DNA of 64,000 nt from Azolla caroliniana (GCA_043228905.1 JBHGNT010000005.1:16244001-16308000); one strand, 5' to 3'. Positions 11,888 through 25,654 are shown, counted from the stretch's first letter. Made by a program: numbers and translations. Notes: generated by a model from the letters alone, not told the origin.

Positions 11888-12303
11888 TGTTGTCCGCTGG
11901 AATCGTAACCGACGGACAAGAGCGCAAGAATACGGAATAGTATAATATTGTAACGCATGTAATGGTTCACGCGAGAAGCGTGAACGGCTAAAAGACCCTG
12001 CGTATATAAAGGGCAGAAAACCTTTGATAGAGGTAGCATGTAATTTTGAATGTAAGAGGCGTATCGTAATAGAGTTCTATCTTCTCTGATATCTGTGTGT
12101 AGCTACAGCTAATCTACTGTGTGTCTGTAACACTTGAGAGTGTAGGAGTAAGTAACGGTTGTAGCCGTCTCCCTTATACACTACTAGGTTACGGGGAATA
12201 TCCCACTAAGTATTACGCACAGACGTTACCATTCGTTGTCACACAGTCACTTGGAGGTCTAGGTCGAAGGACTGACCGTAGACCGTGTTCCTAGTCGGTA
12301 ACA
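11888..12303 (+). repeat. 3' LTR of element A
   Basis: TGTTGTCCG...CGGTAACA imperfect terminal inverted repeat; same start motif in element G; TATA-like TATATAAA at ~12003. Start inferred because the 5' LTR start is outside the window. Confidence 0.8.
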
Positions 12304-13186
12304 CTCCGGTAACGAAATAGCTACTGTCTTGACCTTCTTAGCTACTGATTTATATTTGGTGTTTACTTTGACCAACTCCTCCATGACCCCTCGTCGGCAT
12401 TCGTCGATGGCAGTATACATGTTGATGGAGTTGACTTGAATCGTATGTTCCTCATGAGGGCTCAAGTCCACGATACTCTCTATTTCTCTGATTGTATCGT
12501 TAAATGAGGCTTCCTCCATGACCCATGATATGTTGTCTTCTTCTTCTAATATTCCTTGTTCTTTTAGCCAATGTTCAAAGTTTTGAACTTGGTGCTTCTC
12601 TCTCTCATTGAGTGTAGTCATCCCACACACACCATTAGGTGCTAAATATATTTTTCCTTCTTGCTTCTTTCTTCTTTTCGGGGACTTACTTTTTCTCGGA
12701 CTATCTTTGCCCCATTCTTCAATAGTCCGTATTAAAACTCCGAGCGCTCATCTCTGAGGCTATCTCGGTTTGGTTCCTCTCATGATTAGCTCGCAATGTC
12801 AAGAATTGAACCGACTTTTGACCATCAAGACTCTTCACCGGAGCGAATGTTGCTCCACTATCGAACACCTTAGTCTCCATCCTTGATGATGTTATGTAGG
12901 GTTGCCCAAGAATCAACGAATGGGAAGCGGAATCTTGGACAAAAAAGTGTTGGTCGATCTCTACATCCCCGATTGTGACTCGATAAGCCATCTGTTGAAT
13001 ATAGGTGTCTAATGAACGTATTCACATTGTCTCCTTTTGTACACATTAGGCTTAGACTATTTATGTAAATACTGAGAAGGGCAGTTGCCCTAAGTTAGTC
13101 AGTACATAAACTGACTTTGTAACCTAGTTAAATGTTGTTGTTGCTCTTTGTTCTATTGCCTAATATACAACTAGTTTGTTGTGCCT

Positions 13187-13228
<42 letters not shown>

Positions 13229-14010
13229 CATGCTCTGCATCATCTTGTTTAATGTTTCCATCTACCATTGATCTTTTTGTCTACATACACCACTTCATGA
13301 TCATCATATAGAAGAGTTTCGTTTTCATCATATAGAAGAGTTTCGTTTAAGTTCCGCATTCGAAGACGGCCCTTTCCCAACATCTGGTATCAGAGCCCGG
13401 TTTCTGTTCGAGCTTGCTGTCACCTTCTATCTTAGCCTCTGAAAACTCTTCTTCGTGTATTCTGAAGATCTTAGCTAGTCATGGTTGGCAAATCACAACA
13501 AGATTGTTCTTACAAAGAGAAATGTGACGAAGTCAGCACTTCATTGTTCTAGATCACTCTCGGTTTGTGGTCGTATCTGTTCAGAGTGGGACTTCTGTCT
13601 TGATTAGGCCAAATCATTACTTCAATCGACTAGGCGGAAATCGAATAGGTCATTTGACGCTACTCTCCTACTCGCCGTAGTCACCTGAAGCAAACACGAC
13701 TCCAAGGGCAACCCCAATCCGTGTTTCATTCGGCTGGACGACATTCGGGAGGACCAATTGGTTTCGTCTCTCTCATCGTTGCAGTCAACCGAAACAGGAT
13801 CGGCCTGGAGTATTGCATAGAATCGGTGTTGGGAGATTTTGGAGAAATCGAATCATCAAATCCAGGTTCAACTCAACTAAGTCAGTTGAGTATAGCCGAA
13901 GTTGAACACAAGTTGTGTTGATTACGAAGAACGACATCGAGTGGGCTAGGCTATCGCACTCCACCATAGTTCGTAGCTAACTCAGGACAAAGTCTATTAT
14001 ACCAACACAC

Positions 14011-17000
14011 ATGGCTTCAACATCCGGCTTGTTAGAGATGAGTCTACAGAAGTTCGATGGATCAAAATTCAACTTCTGGAAGGAGCAAATGCAAGACTAC
14101 TTGATAGTCAAGGGCCAAATTGACCCCATTGAGAATGAACATCCTCCAACTTTCCAACTATGGAAGACACTGTCGGACACTTACGAAAAGAAAGTCGCCG
14201 CCACGAAGATATTCTTGATTCAGCGTCCCTACAATCTTCGGATGAAGGAATCCGATTTGGTCCAAGCACATTTAAATGAGTACGAAAGTCTAAGCTCCCA
14301 AATTACAGCTCAGGGGACAATCATCGAGGATGAACTAAAAGCAATGTTGCTTATGAGTAGTCTCCCTTTGTCGTGGGAAACTTTTGTCACCACCGTGTGT
14401 AATGCGTCAACTACGACAGTCACGAGTGCTATTCGGACTGTAACAGCTTGGAGAAAATCGTTTGCGAACGATTCGGTCAATGACGCTTACGTAGTACAAG
14501 GTTCGACTCACCAATTGAACAACCGTGGAAGGGACTCTTCACGGCAGCCGAATAATCAGCGAAGACGGAGCTAGTCACGAGATAATCGAGTATGCAACTA
14601 CTAAAAGAAACCCGGACACATCAAAGCCGATTGCCGTGCTCTCAAGACCAAAAATGACAAGGCTCAACGAGCTGACAAGAAGAGTGGCCGGCACGAGGAG
14701 ATCAACTACGTCAGTTCTTCAACTGACGTACTATCAAACGACCCGAACATACTCTCAATCAAAAATCCAGTCGTATCAGAAGTTCTACTTACGATTGAAG
14801 AATCAAGCACATGGCTCTTAGATTGCGTCATTTCATGTAACTCCTCATCGATCCCAGTTTCAGAAATACATGGCCCGACATTCCGACTCAGTTCGAGTAG
14901 GAAATTCGCAACACTGCGATATAATTGGAATCGGTACGATAGAGCTCCACCTTGCGGGTGGTTCTACATTAGTACTACGCAATGTCTGACATGTACGTGA
15001 GCTCTCACAGCCACTGATCTCAGTCGGACAATTGGATGAAGACGGCATTCGTGTCGGCTTCTCATCAGGAGGGTGGACACTCCACAGGGGAAACCTCCTG
15101 CTTGCTAGAGGACCGAAGATACATTCATTGTATCCACTGCACGCTACGCTCAGGGAGGGCAGCCTGTTTTCAGTTGACATTCCCGTGTCATCACTATGGC
15201 ATGGACGACTCAGACACCTCAGCAAGGCCGACATCATGCACTTATCTAGAGTCGGTTACATCCCTAAACTCTCCTTCTCAGATCATCAATTCTCCGAGCA
15301 CTGTCAATATGGCAAACAAATAGCCATGACACACCCTTCTTCAGCCCTGAGAGAATTGAGGCTGCTCGATTTGGTTCACTCAGATGTCTGTGGCCCTATG
15401 CCATATCAGTCACTCGGCGGTGCTTTGTATTTCTTCAACTCTCCTTCTCAGATCATCAATTCTGCGAGCACTGTCAATATGGCAAACAAATAGCCACGAC
15501 ACACCCTTCTTCAGCCCTGAGAGAATTGAGGCTGCTCGATTTGGTTCACTCAGATGTCTGTGGCCCTATGCCATATCAGTCACTCGGCGGTGCTTTGTAT
15601 TTCTTCAACTCTCCTTCTCAGATCATCAATTCTGCGAGCACTGTCAATATGGCAAACAAATAGCCACGACACACCCTTCTTCAGCCCTGAGAGAATTGAG
15701 GCTGCTCGATTTGGTTCACTCAGATGTCTGTGGCCCTATGCCATATCAGTCACTCGGCGGTGCTTTGTATTTCTTCAACTCTCCTTCTCAGATCATCAAT
15801 TCTGCGAGCACTGTCAATATGGCAAACAAATAGCCACGACACACCCTTCTTCAGCCCTGAGAGAATTGAGGCTGCTCGATTTGGTTCACTCAGATGTCTG
15901 TGGCCCTATGCCATATCAGTCACTCGGCGGTGCTTTGTATTTCTTCAACTCTCCTTCTCAAATCATCAATTCTGCGAGCACTGTCAATATGGCAAACAAA
16001 TAGCCACGACACACCCTTCTTCAGCCCTGAGAGAATTGAGGTTGCTCGATTTGGTTCACTCAGATGTCTGTGGCCCTATGCCATATCAGTCACTCGGCGG
16101 TGCTTTGTATTTCTTCAACTTCATTGACAACTCGACTAGGAAGGTGTGGGCTTATCCAATTAGAACCAAAGATCGTGTCTTCTCGATCTTCTCCGATTGG
16201 CTCGCTATGGTAGAGAATCAATCCGGCTGAAAACTAAAATGTTTTCGGACCGATAATGGGGGAGAGTTCAAATAAGACGAATTCGTCAAATTTTGCCAAA
16301 AATGCGACATACGACGTGAATTTACAGCACCACATAGTCTGGAGCAGAATGGAATTGCCGAACGAATGAATCGGACAATTCAAGAAAGGATAGTTTCCAT
16401 GCTCCAACACTCTGAACTGTCGGATGGTTTCTGGGCAGAGGCCCTACTTACCACAATACACATAATCACTATGTCGCCGAGTAGGCCTCTAGGACTTCGG
16501 ATACCTCAGGAATTATGGACCGGCAGTAAGCCGAATTATGATAAGTTGAGGATTTTCGGATGTGAAGCATATGCCCTCATCCCAAAAGATGATCGCCGCA
16601 AACATGCACCACGGTCCAGGAAATGTATTTTCCTTGGTTATGGATCAGATGGCGAAATGGGATACCGACTTTGGGACCCTGAACACAGACAAATTGTTTG
16701 AAGTTCGGACGTAGTGTTCAATGAGTCGGTTATGAATCAATCGGTCGAAAAACCGATCGAAGTCTGAAGGGTAACTTTTCTTATGTGCCAACCCTTCAGG
16801 AAAGTCCAGCGCACAACACACGGTCAACTTCACGGGTAGTTGAACCCCCTAACATCGACTCGGAGAATTCCGACTCGGCACAGCCAAACGATTCAATTTT
16901 GCATCATCCGACCATGACACCCGATGCGACCAGTTCAGTCATACCTCGAAGATTCGAGAGACTGTCACAACCCCCGGAGAGATACTCTCCTGGTATCTTC

Positions 17001-18590
17001 TTCACGAACGCCGGAGAACCGACGTCATACAAAGCTTCGGCATCAGCCGAATCGGCCACCTAGCATCTGGCAATGGAGTAAAAAATGAACTCTATTCGTA
17101 TGAACAACACTTGGGACTTGGTCGAACTCCCGAAAAATCGACGTGCTCCTCCGTACAAGTGGGTCTATCGAATTAAGGAGATGTCTGATTCAGCAAGCCC
17201 GAAGTTCAAGGCTAGATTAATAGCCAAGGGTTTTCGACAAGAGCATGGCGTTGATTTCAATGAAATCTTTTCACCAGTGGTGAAAATGACAACCCTTCGC
17301 TTTATGCTCGGTGTAGTGGTAGCCGAAAACTTGGAGCTGATTTAGCTGGATGTCAAAACGGCTTTCCTCCATGGTGATCTTGAGGAGGAAATTTATATGA
17401 AGTAGCCGAAAGGCTTTGTGGTACCCGGCCAAGAACATCTAGTCTACCGACTCAGGAAGAGTCTCTACGGCCTTAAACAAGAGCCGTGACAGTGGTATAA
17501 GAAGTTCGACGACTTCATCCAATCAATCGGCTTCTCAAAGAGCGATGAGGACCACTTTGTCTTCACGAAAACAGCTCGAGATGGATCACCCATCTTTCTC
17601 ATCATCTACGTGGACAACAGGCTAATTTCTGGACACCATGCAGCTGAACTAGCTGAACTCGTTCGGCAACTACAGTTGAAGTTTGCTATGAAGGATCTCG
17701 GTCCAGCACGACACATTCTTCGCATGAAGATACGTCGGAATTGTAATCGACGACAATTGTTTCTGTCTCAATCCGACTACATTGGACATGTCCTCAAACA
17801 CTTCAACATGCGATCAGCGAAATCTGCCTCTACCCCGCTCCCTATTAATTCTCGGTTGTCTCGTCGAGACTGCTCGAAATCCGGTCCGGAGGGGGAAATT
17901 ATGAAGTTGGTACTGTATGCACCGGCAGTCGACTCCCTCATGTACTCGATGGTCGCGACACGGCCTGATATAGCTCACGTCGTTGGAGTCGTCAGCAGAT
18001 TTATGCATAACCCTGGTCGATCACATTGGAATGTAGTTAAGCATGTGTTCAAATATCTGGCAGGCACAAAACACCTTGGTATTCTGTTCGGACCGAACGA
18101 TAACTCAGGCATAGTCGGATATACCGACTCTGACTTCGCGGGCTACATAGACAGCCGAAAATCAACAATCGGATATTGTTTCAAACTTGGAAACGAGGTC
18201 ATCTCATGGAAATCCAAACTTCAGGAATGCACAGCCACATCAACAACCGAAGTTGAATATGTAGCTACTTCTCATGCGGCGAAAGAGGCATTATTGCTCG
18301 GCTGGCTAGCCTACACGTTTCGACAAGCCGAAATTGGCTCGACTGTGATTGTTTATAGCGATAGTCAACCTGTTGTCGCTCTATCGAAAAATCCGGTTCA
18401 GCATAACGCCTCCAAGCATATCGATGTTCGATATCACTTTGTTCGGGATTGCGTCATTTCAGGGAAAATCGGCCTTGCGAAGATATCTACAGCCGATAAT
18501 ATCGCGGACGCAATGATCAAGTGTCTCTCGGCAAATCGATTTCGATCTCTTAGAAAACACATGGGTGTAATGGAGAATTGGTTCGATTAA
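14011..18590 (+). pseudogene. Copia gag-pol of element D
   Basis: KFDGSKFNFWK gag; LVHSDVCGP integrase; RT; RNase H SKHIDVRYHF; many stops and a 170-bp tandem expansion. Confidence 0.92.
15266..16120. repeat. Five tandem copies of a 170-bp integrase segment
   Basis: Units start at about 15267, 15437, 15607, 15777 and 15947 and are near-identical. Confidence 0.95.
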
Positions 18591-21059
18591 ATCGAACAAT
18601 TGCAATCCTTTTTCGGACACCAGACTTCGGATGTTCGAAACCTAGTATCAATATGTATTATATACTTGTTTCAAGTATAAGTTTAATATGTATACGCCCA
18701 TTACGGGGGAGTGTTGAATACGGGTGTGTAATGGACGTATTCACATTGTCTCCTTTTGTACACACTAGGCTTAGACTATTTATGTAAATACTGAGAATGA
18801 CAGTTTCCCTAAGTTAGTCAGTATATAAACTGACTTTGTAACCTAGTTGAATGTTGTTGTTGCTCTTTGTTCTATTGCCTAATATACAACTAGTTTGTTG
18901 TGCCTTTCTTTCTCTCTCTCTCTCTCTTGCATGCTCTGCAACATCTTGTTTAATGTTTCCATCTTCCATTGATCTTTCTGTCTACATACACCACTTCATG
19001 ATCATCATATAGAAGAGTTTCGCTTAAGTTCCGCATTCGAAGGCGGTCCTTTCCCAACACCATCTTCCCTTCTTGTAGAAATCTATCGACATGAGGTTAA
19101 TATCTGATCCATGGTCTATAAGAGCCACAACTGTCTCTTTCTTCTCTCCAATCTTCACCAGAGTTTCCGTTGTCACTCTCGCCCAATGGGGTCATGTATA
19201 ATGACTATCCACCAGATCTTCTTCTTTCTCTTCCGTTCTTGTCATAGTTATGGCATTGGTGGTCACCTTTGTCGAAATTCCCTCTTCCTCATCCGCTTCT
19301 TTTCTTTTACATTTGATAAGATCGATGATGGTCTCATGGAACTCCTTCTTTGCAATTCCAAGTAGTTCTCTCAATGTAAGGTCAATACGGCTATCGAGCA
19401 CTCTTTCTTCAAGAACCTTCCTTAAGTTAGTTGTTTGTTCAATATCCAACCTTAATTTGTATGTTGGCGTCGATCTATCCTTCCCCTTCTTGGCATTCTC
19501 TTCAATGGGTTGAGTCGGTTCCTCGGCTCTCTTGTTTGAGCTTCCATCTTCTTGAAGTGTGGTCTTGATCATCTCTTCCTTCTTTTTAAAGCTTCTTGTG
19601 TCATGATTCTTAGAAGGGCCTTCATCTAGATCCGTCCTCTTCCGCTTCTCATCGACAAACACTTCGTGGGTTTCGCATATGACCTCTGCGGAGATCGTGT
19701 TATTATCAACCGGATCCGCCCACCCAGTAAGGTCTCGTACATGAAGGTTGGATAGCTTTGCATCATCCGAATTAATTTTCCCTTTTTTTTCGTATTTGAG
19801 GACGATCCGTCAAAACCTCATTCCCAGTTTAATCATTCCAAGCTTCTCCTTCCCGATTCTTATACCGGCGGATGCGGCATAATGTATAGCTTTGACGTGG
19901 CTCACATTAGCCTCATCCATTATTTTCTTTAGACCCGCCCAACCAAAATTCCCTTGCAAGGGCTTTCAAGTCTCACTTGAGTGTATATTGTTGCCTTCCA
20001 TGTGGATGAGGTTTGTCAAATTTCCTCTTGAAGGCTAGCACAATCTTTCCTTGCATGATCAACACTATCACACCATACACATCTATATGGGTCTTTCCCC
20101 TTCAGCCCTCTACGACTCATATTAGCTAACGAAACAACTTCGAATTTTCGTGCCAACTCTTCAATGACAGAGTTCTCCATCGCTCTTTCAGTTGGCTCGC
20201 TTTGCTTTGTCATCTGAGTTGCCATTGGAGCCTTCTTTGGACTAATGGGACCACCATGTCGGAATCATCTAGCCATCGATGACGTTTGTCAAATCGATCA
20301 AATGCTCTTCTTACCGAAACCTAATCCGTTATGAGACCATTAGGTTGTGCTTTGTCCTCTAATACACTACCTAGTTCTCGTTTATCTTTTGCATCCACCG
20401 CCTTTAAGAAGTACAAGACTTTATCTCCTTCGAGAAGTGTTTGGTCGGTTCTTGAGAGACGGTTGTACATTTGGTCAAATTCGGTGTACAGTCCCAAATG
20501 TGTTCATGTTCTTCCCCTTCTTCTCGATCCACTTCATCAACGTATGACAAGTCATCCTTGACGCATCCTCAAGCATATATTCAGCCAAAAGCGTCCTTTC
20601 AAATTCCACCAATGTTGTTTGGGCGGCTTGAATCTCCCTTATACGGCCTTGTAACCCAATATCTATGACACGCTTGAAGCTTGATATTTGCTTCTCTTCA
20701 AGTACATCACATTGTTGCATCTCCGTCTTGTATGTAGCGAGAAAATCCGTAATGTTTCTTCCACCAAATTGGCCCTTTATCTCAATGGTTTGGTCGATGG
20801 CCTTGTCTAAGCTTGCATCATTATCTCAAGCCCTCATAATATGCTCGACAATAGCCACCAACTTTGCCACTTCATCAACTTGGGTTTTTTACGAAGAAGC
20901 CCTTTTCTAATCTTCTATTTCAAGCACTTGATCCTTCCTACCACCTCTTCACGTCGGGTTCACGACTTAGATATGTCGTGAAAATCTATCACTATGTACG
21001 GATCGTGAGGCGGAACTACCGGGGTTATAGGCAGGAAGGAAATAGGGCTCACACCCACA

Positions 21060-22530
21060 ACACAAGTCTTACACAAACAAGGCACGAGTATTCAAACATG
21101 TTTGTGAAAAGGAGAGGTGCATGAGCAAGCCCGAATCAACCCCTAGTCACAAGGCGAACAAATGCACGTGAGGAAGGCTTACACACGGACACACAAGGAA
21201 AAGGCTTACTTACACACACGAGAGATAGAGTTTCGAATGCCTTTGTGAAAAGAGAGGTGCATGGGCAAGCCTGAACGCTCCCTTGTTACAAGACACGCGA
21301 ACACACAAGGAAAAGGCTTACTTACACACACGAGAGACAGAGTTTCGAATGTCTTTGTGAAAAGAGAGGTGTGTGGGCAAGCCTGAACACTCCCTTGTTA
21401 CAAGACACACAAACACACAAGCTTTACACACGGGAGACACAATCTCAAACGCCTTTGTGAAAGGAGAGGTACATGGGCAAGCCTGAACGCTCCCTTGCCA
21501 CAAGTCGCACGAACACACAAGCAAGATTTACACAACACGCAAGACACGATTTCGAACGCCTTTGTGAAAAGATAGGTGCATCGCCAAACCCGAATGCTCC
21601 CTTGTTACCAGACACATGAACACACAAGCAAGGTTTACACACGGGAGACACAATTTCGAATGCCTTTGTGAAAGAAGGGGTGCATGGGCAAAAAGCCCGA
21701 ATGCCCCCTTGCCACAAGTCGCACGAACACACAAGAAAGATTTACATTAACACACAAGACACGATTTCGAATGCCTTTGTGAAAGGAGAGGTGCATGGGC
21801 AAGCCCGAATGCTCCCTTGTCACAAGTCGCACAAACACACAAGCAAGATTTACACAACACGCAAGACACGTAAGTTTGAATGCCTTTGTGAAAGGAGAGG
21901 TGCATGGGCAAGCCGGAAATGCTCCCTTGTCACAAGACACACAAACAAATAAGCACAAACGACGATAACATATAAGACACATAGGTTTGAATGCCTTTGT
22001 GAAAGGAAAGGTGCATGGGGAAGCCCGAACACTCCCTTGTCACAAGTCACACGAACACACAAGAAAGATTTACATTAACACGCAAGACACGTAAGTTTGG
22101 ATGCCTTTGTGAAAGGAGAGGTGCATGGGCAAGCCCGAACACTCCCTTATCACAACTCGCACGAACACACAAGCAAGATTTACATTAACACGCAAGACAC
22201 GTAAGTTTGGATGCCTTTGTGAAAGGAGAGGTGCATGGGCAAGCCGGAAATGCTCCCTTGTCACAAGACACACAAACAAATAAGCACAAACGGTGATAAC
22301 ATATAAGACACATAGGTTTGAATGCCTTTGTGAAAGGAGAGGTGCATGGGCAAGCCCGAACACTCCCTTGTCACAAGTCGCACTAACACACAAGCAAGAT
22401 TTAGACTAACACGCAAGACACGTAAGTTTGAATGCCTTTGTGAAAGGAGAGGTGCATGGGCAAGCCTGAAACACTCCCTTGTCACAAGACACACTAACAA
22501 ATAAGCACAATCAAGATTTACACATAAGAC
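21060..22530. repeat. About 13 copies of a ~110-bp tandem repeat inside the element C LTR
   Basis: Recurring AATGCCTTTGTGAAAGGAGAGGTGCATGGGCAAGCCCGAA core. Confidence 0.93.
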
Positions 22531-23210
22531 AAGTAGATGAAAGAAAACATTAGTTTATATCAATATAATATATTGTTTTATAATATAAGAATCATGTTAC
22601 AATGGGTTGGATGCGAATATGAAGGATTGTTTATAAAGGAATGGGGGAAGAGAGGTGGAGAAAAGAAGAGAGTGGAGTATAGAAGGAGTTTCTTTGTTGA
22701 TGATGCCTCTCGATGTTGTTGATCGTTCTTCTTCTGCTTTCCAATTGAGTAGAGCTTCCACGTTCCTTCTCCCTCCTCCCCCCTTCTTCACTAGAATAAG
22801 CTCTTATTTATAGGTTTAGGATTCCTTGCCTTTTGCACTTTAAAAAAAGCTTGTCTATATGAGTCGACTTTTCTTTTCCTCACTATTTCTGTTTTCTATT
22901 CTAAAATTTCACATGCCAGATATTCTTGGAAAGTTATTTATGTTAGCTTTCTTATGCATCTTTTCTTTTCTAATTTGGACATTTGACGAGGTAATTATGA
23001 GCTTTTTACTCAACCTTGCTCCTCATATCCACGGCTAGCTTTTCTTTTCCCATCTTTTTCTCTATTTTTGTCTACTTTCGAAAACTTCTTCTAACTTTTT
23101 ATCCTTTTGATTTATTACTATAGTTGACTTAAGAAAATTAGTTTATTTGGACCACAGTTTTATTCTCTTTTGAGGGTGGTTTCGCATTATGTGTCAAAAA
23201 CATCACGACA

Positions 23211-24761
23211 ACGCTCTAGAGTCAACGTACCATACTTCCTCTGATCCGGAAGTGGTCTTCTTCATTGAGTTCGCCTTGTGCTTCATCACAAAGGTTGGCC
23301 CTTCACTAGTCTTACCGGTTTTGGGTCCTTCTGATTGTTCTGCATAGTGCGAGCTCTACCAGTTTCCTTGTCCGGCTTTGCCGGATCCGTATTTATCCGT
23401 ATCGGCACACTTTTTCGAGCTCGATGGCTTTCTTGCCACAATACCAGCATTCCATTTCGGTCTTTGATTGCCGGTTTCTGGCACCGCTTTGACTCCCCCT
23501 GCTTGTGTAGGGTTCAGAACTATTGTCGGCACTATCTCTTTGCCTCCGATTCTGCTCTTGTCGGCTACCTCCATTGTGTGCCGACCCACCTCTTCCTCCA
23601 CACCCACGGGGCCTATCCGCCTTTCTGTACAGCATTCGGTTGTCAAACTAAGTGGTCCTTGACCCACTGTGTGGTTTTCTTCGACCATAGCATCAATTGT
23701 AGGTCGAAGAAGGACGGTGGCTTCTCCCAGCTGCAAATTGTCGTCCAAATTGGCCAGTACCATTGTGCTAGACCATTGAGGCAGATCTGGACCATCTCGT
23801 CTTCATCCACCATCACGTTGATGGACCCGAGCACGTCGTAGATCTCCTTGATCTTGGTGGTGTAGTCTGTGACGGACATGTCCTATTGCCGGATACTGTT
23901 GAGCTCTTGTCAAAGCTGCAACTCCTGAGCTATGGTACTTACGGCAAAAATCTTCCATAGATTTCTCCAGGCCTCTTTCAACGTTTTTACATCCCTGATG
24001 TAGCCAAGCATCTAGTCATGCACACAAGACGTGAGGCAGTACAACACTCTACTCGGTCCTTGCTCCCATGCCGGGAAGTCCTTGTGTGCCGAATCTGGCG
24101 CTGCTACATTCACTCCTTCCATGTAGCGCCAGTATCCATGCCCCAACAGATATTGGTGCATTTTATACGACCAGGACGTATAATTTCTCTGATCAAGCTT
24201 TTTTGTTGGAAGCAAGCTCGTCATGCTTATATCCATACCTTCTCTTTTCGGTTTGTTCTTTTATTGGTAGTTAGGGTTTGTCTTCAAAAAAACTCTTGTC
24301 GCCAGCAGGGGTCTCAACGCTCGTGCTTTGATACCATATCAAAGTTAACATGTGGAAGCTTTGATAAACCGGCTTATCCGGTCAGGAATAGAAAAATAGA
24401 GAAAGGTTTAATGGAAGCTTAGGATACGCAAGAGAGACAGAGAGAGCAGAAAGCATAAAATTCAATTCAAAATAATAACACTCTATACATACAAATGTCC
24501 TACAGAACACTTTTTATACAAGTCCTTAAAAGGACTAATAGAAGTACTGACAAGTACTTCAATGCTCATACGAGCGACTGATACAAACTCCAAGGAATCT
24601 GCCTATGTACTAGGCTAGATTCGTAGGCCTCTAACGGCCTACCGGTTACAATCTAATTCGGCTCCTGGTTCCGGACACCGATCCGGTTCTACGTTTCGGA
24701 TATCAATCCGACTCTGGCTTATTCAACCAATCCGGATCCGGTTGAGCTTGTCCGCTCAACA
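23211..24761 (-). mobile_element. 5' part of Copia element H (LTR, PBS, gag, start of protease); host of element C
   Basis: LTR ~24337-24761; PBS TGGTATCAAAGC 24336-24325; gag from 24236 (KLDQRNYTSWSYKM, CWYCGKK); protease WYVDSRA cut at 23211. Confidence 0.85.
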
Positions 24762-24934
24762 AATCCTTCGACTCGTGGGAGTTCTCTATTTGGGTGTTGG
24801 TGTGTTTCTACCAAGAAAAGTATATATGATACCTTTAATATCTCTTCTAGCCGGTCGGGGTGTGTCCAAAGTGTGTCGTTACAATTCCATAAGGTCATCC
24901 TAAGTGTATTTTCTGTCAGATGGGCTACACGAAG

Positions 24935-25548
24935 TCAATTAGTAGCGCAATCATTTATGATCACTTGCTCGTCTCGATAAAAGGCACGATGCACTTCTTT
25001 ACGAGCTTGCATGACTCGTGGCATACAACTTTTGTGGTGCTCAATTTGCATCTTAGTGAGGTCTTTATCTAGATAGATACGGTCCCCACCTAATCCTTGA
25101 AGAATTGGTCTCTTCTTAAAGAATGTGATTCTAGATTCCAAGTCTTTAAATTGAAGGACTAAGGCTCTATTCCTAGTTGTGTCACGTCCGGCCCTCCAAG
25201 GTTTGGTGATAGGTAGGGTCTCTGTGTACCCTAACATTTTCCCAAGTGTTTGTGCATTCTCATCGGGGGATGCACTTCCGTGAGCCTAGTGACACATACA
25301 TTTAAGTGTCGGGCCTAATGCATTTTCTCTTCTTCAAGGGTAGTGTTAACAATATTTTCATCTTTTATTTCTTTAATGTTTCTTTTAACCAAGTCTACCC
25401 AACCCGTTTTAGCTAACTCCATGTCATTTTTAACTTCCTCTTTAACTTTTTTAATCTCTTCCTTTATATCCTCTATGGCGGATATTTCACTGTTCTCCCT
25501 GGATATCTCGATGTTATTAAGTTGTTTTTTAAGGTTGGTGTTTTCCAC
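24935..25548 (-). pseudogene. Probable LINE ORF1 remnant (coiled coil plus RRM-like region)
   Basis: Coiled-coil segment followed by RALVLQF...IYLDKDLT...AFYRD pattern typical of non-LTR ORF1. Confidence 0.55.
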
Positions 25549-25654
25549 TCAAGAATGGCAACAACTTCATAATTTGGTGCATCTTCAAGTTCGGCAGGGG
25601 GTGGAGGTGTAGTACGATTTGGAATAGAACTTGGCATGGTTCTAAGAGAAAACT

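Larger units (their letters stand above)
1..12303 (+). mobile_element. Ty3/Gypsy LTR retrotransposon A (non-chromoviral type, decayed; 5' LTR truncated by window edge)
   Basis: 1-1043 (minus insert 202-917) matches 12014-12303. PBS at 1048; domain order gag-PR-RT-RH-INT; extra ORF before the 3' LTR; contains three nested insertions. Confidence 0.95.
12993..19059 (+). mobile_element. Ty1/Copia element D, complete but degenerate
   Basis: LTRs 12993-13382 and 18712-19059; TSD CCATC on both sides; PBS TGGTATCAGAGC at 13385 (tRNA-iMet); PPT GGGGGAG before 18712. Confidence 0.95.
12304..23210 (-). mobile_element. Gypsy element C (tRNA-Trp PBS lineage, decayed), interrupted by Copia D and Gypsy A
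   Basis: 5' LTR 20974-23210 (TGTCGTG..CACGACA); gag fragments 20910-19190 (CVWCDSVDHARKDC); protease ALIDHGSDINLMS at ~19130-19090 continuing at 12991. Confidence 0.85.

Noticed and set aside
11949-11960. Alternative A 3' LTR start at TGTAAC
   Set aside because: Poorer inverted-repeat match to the LTR end and not conserved in G, unlike TGTTGTCCG; not fully excludable without upstream sequence.
21060-22530. CRISPR-like array
   Set aside because: The intervening segments are homologous to each other, the context is a eukaryotic LTR, and there are no cas genes.
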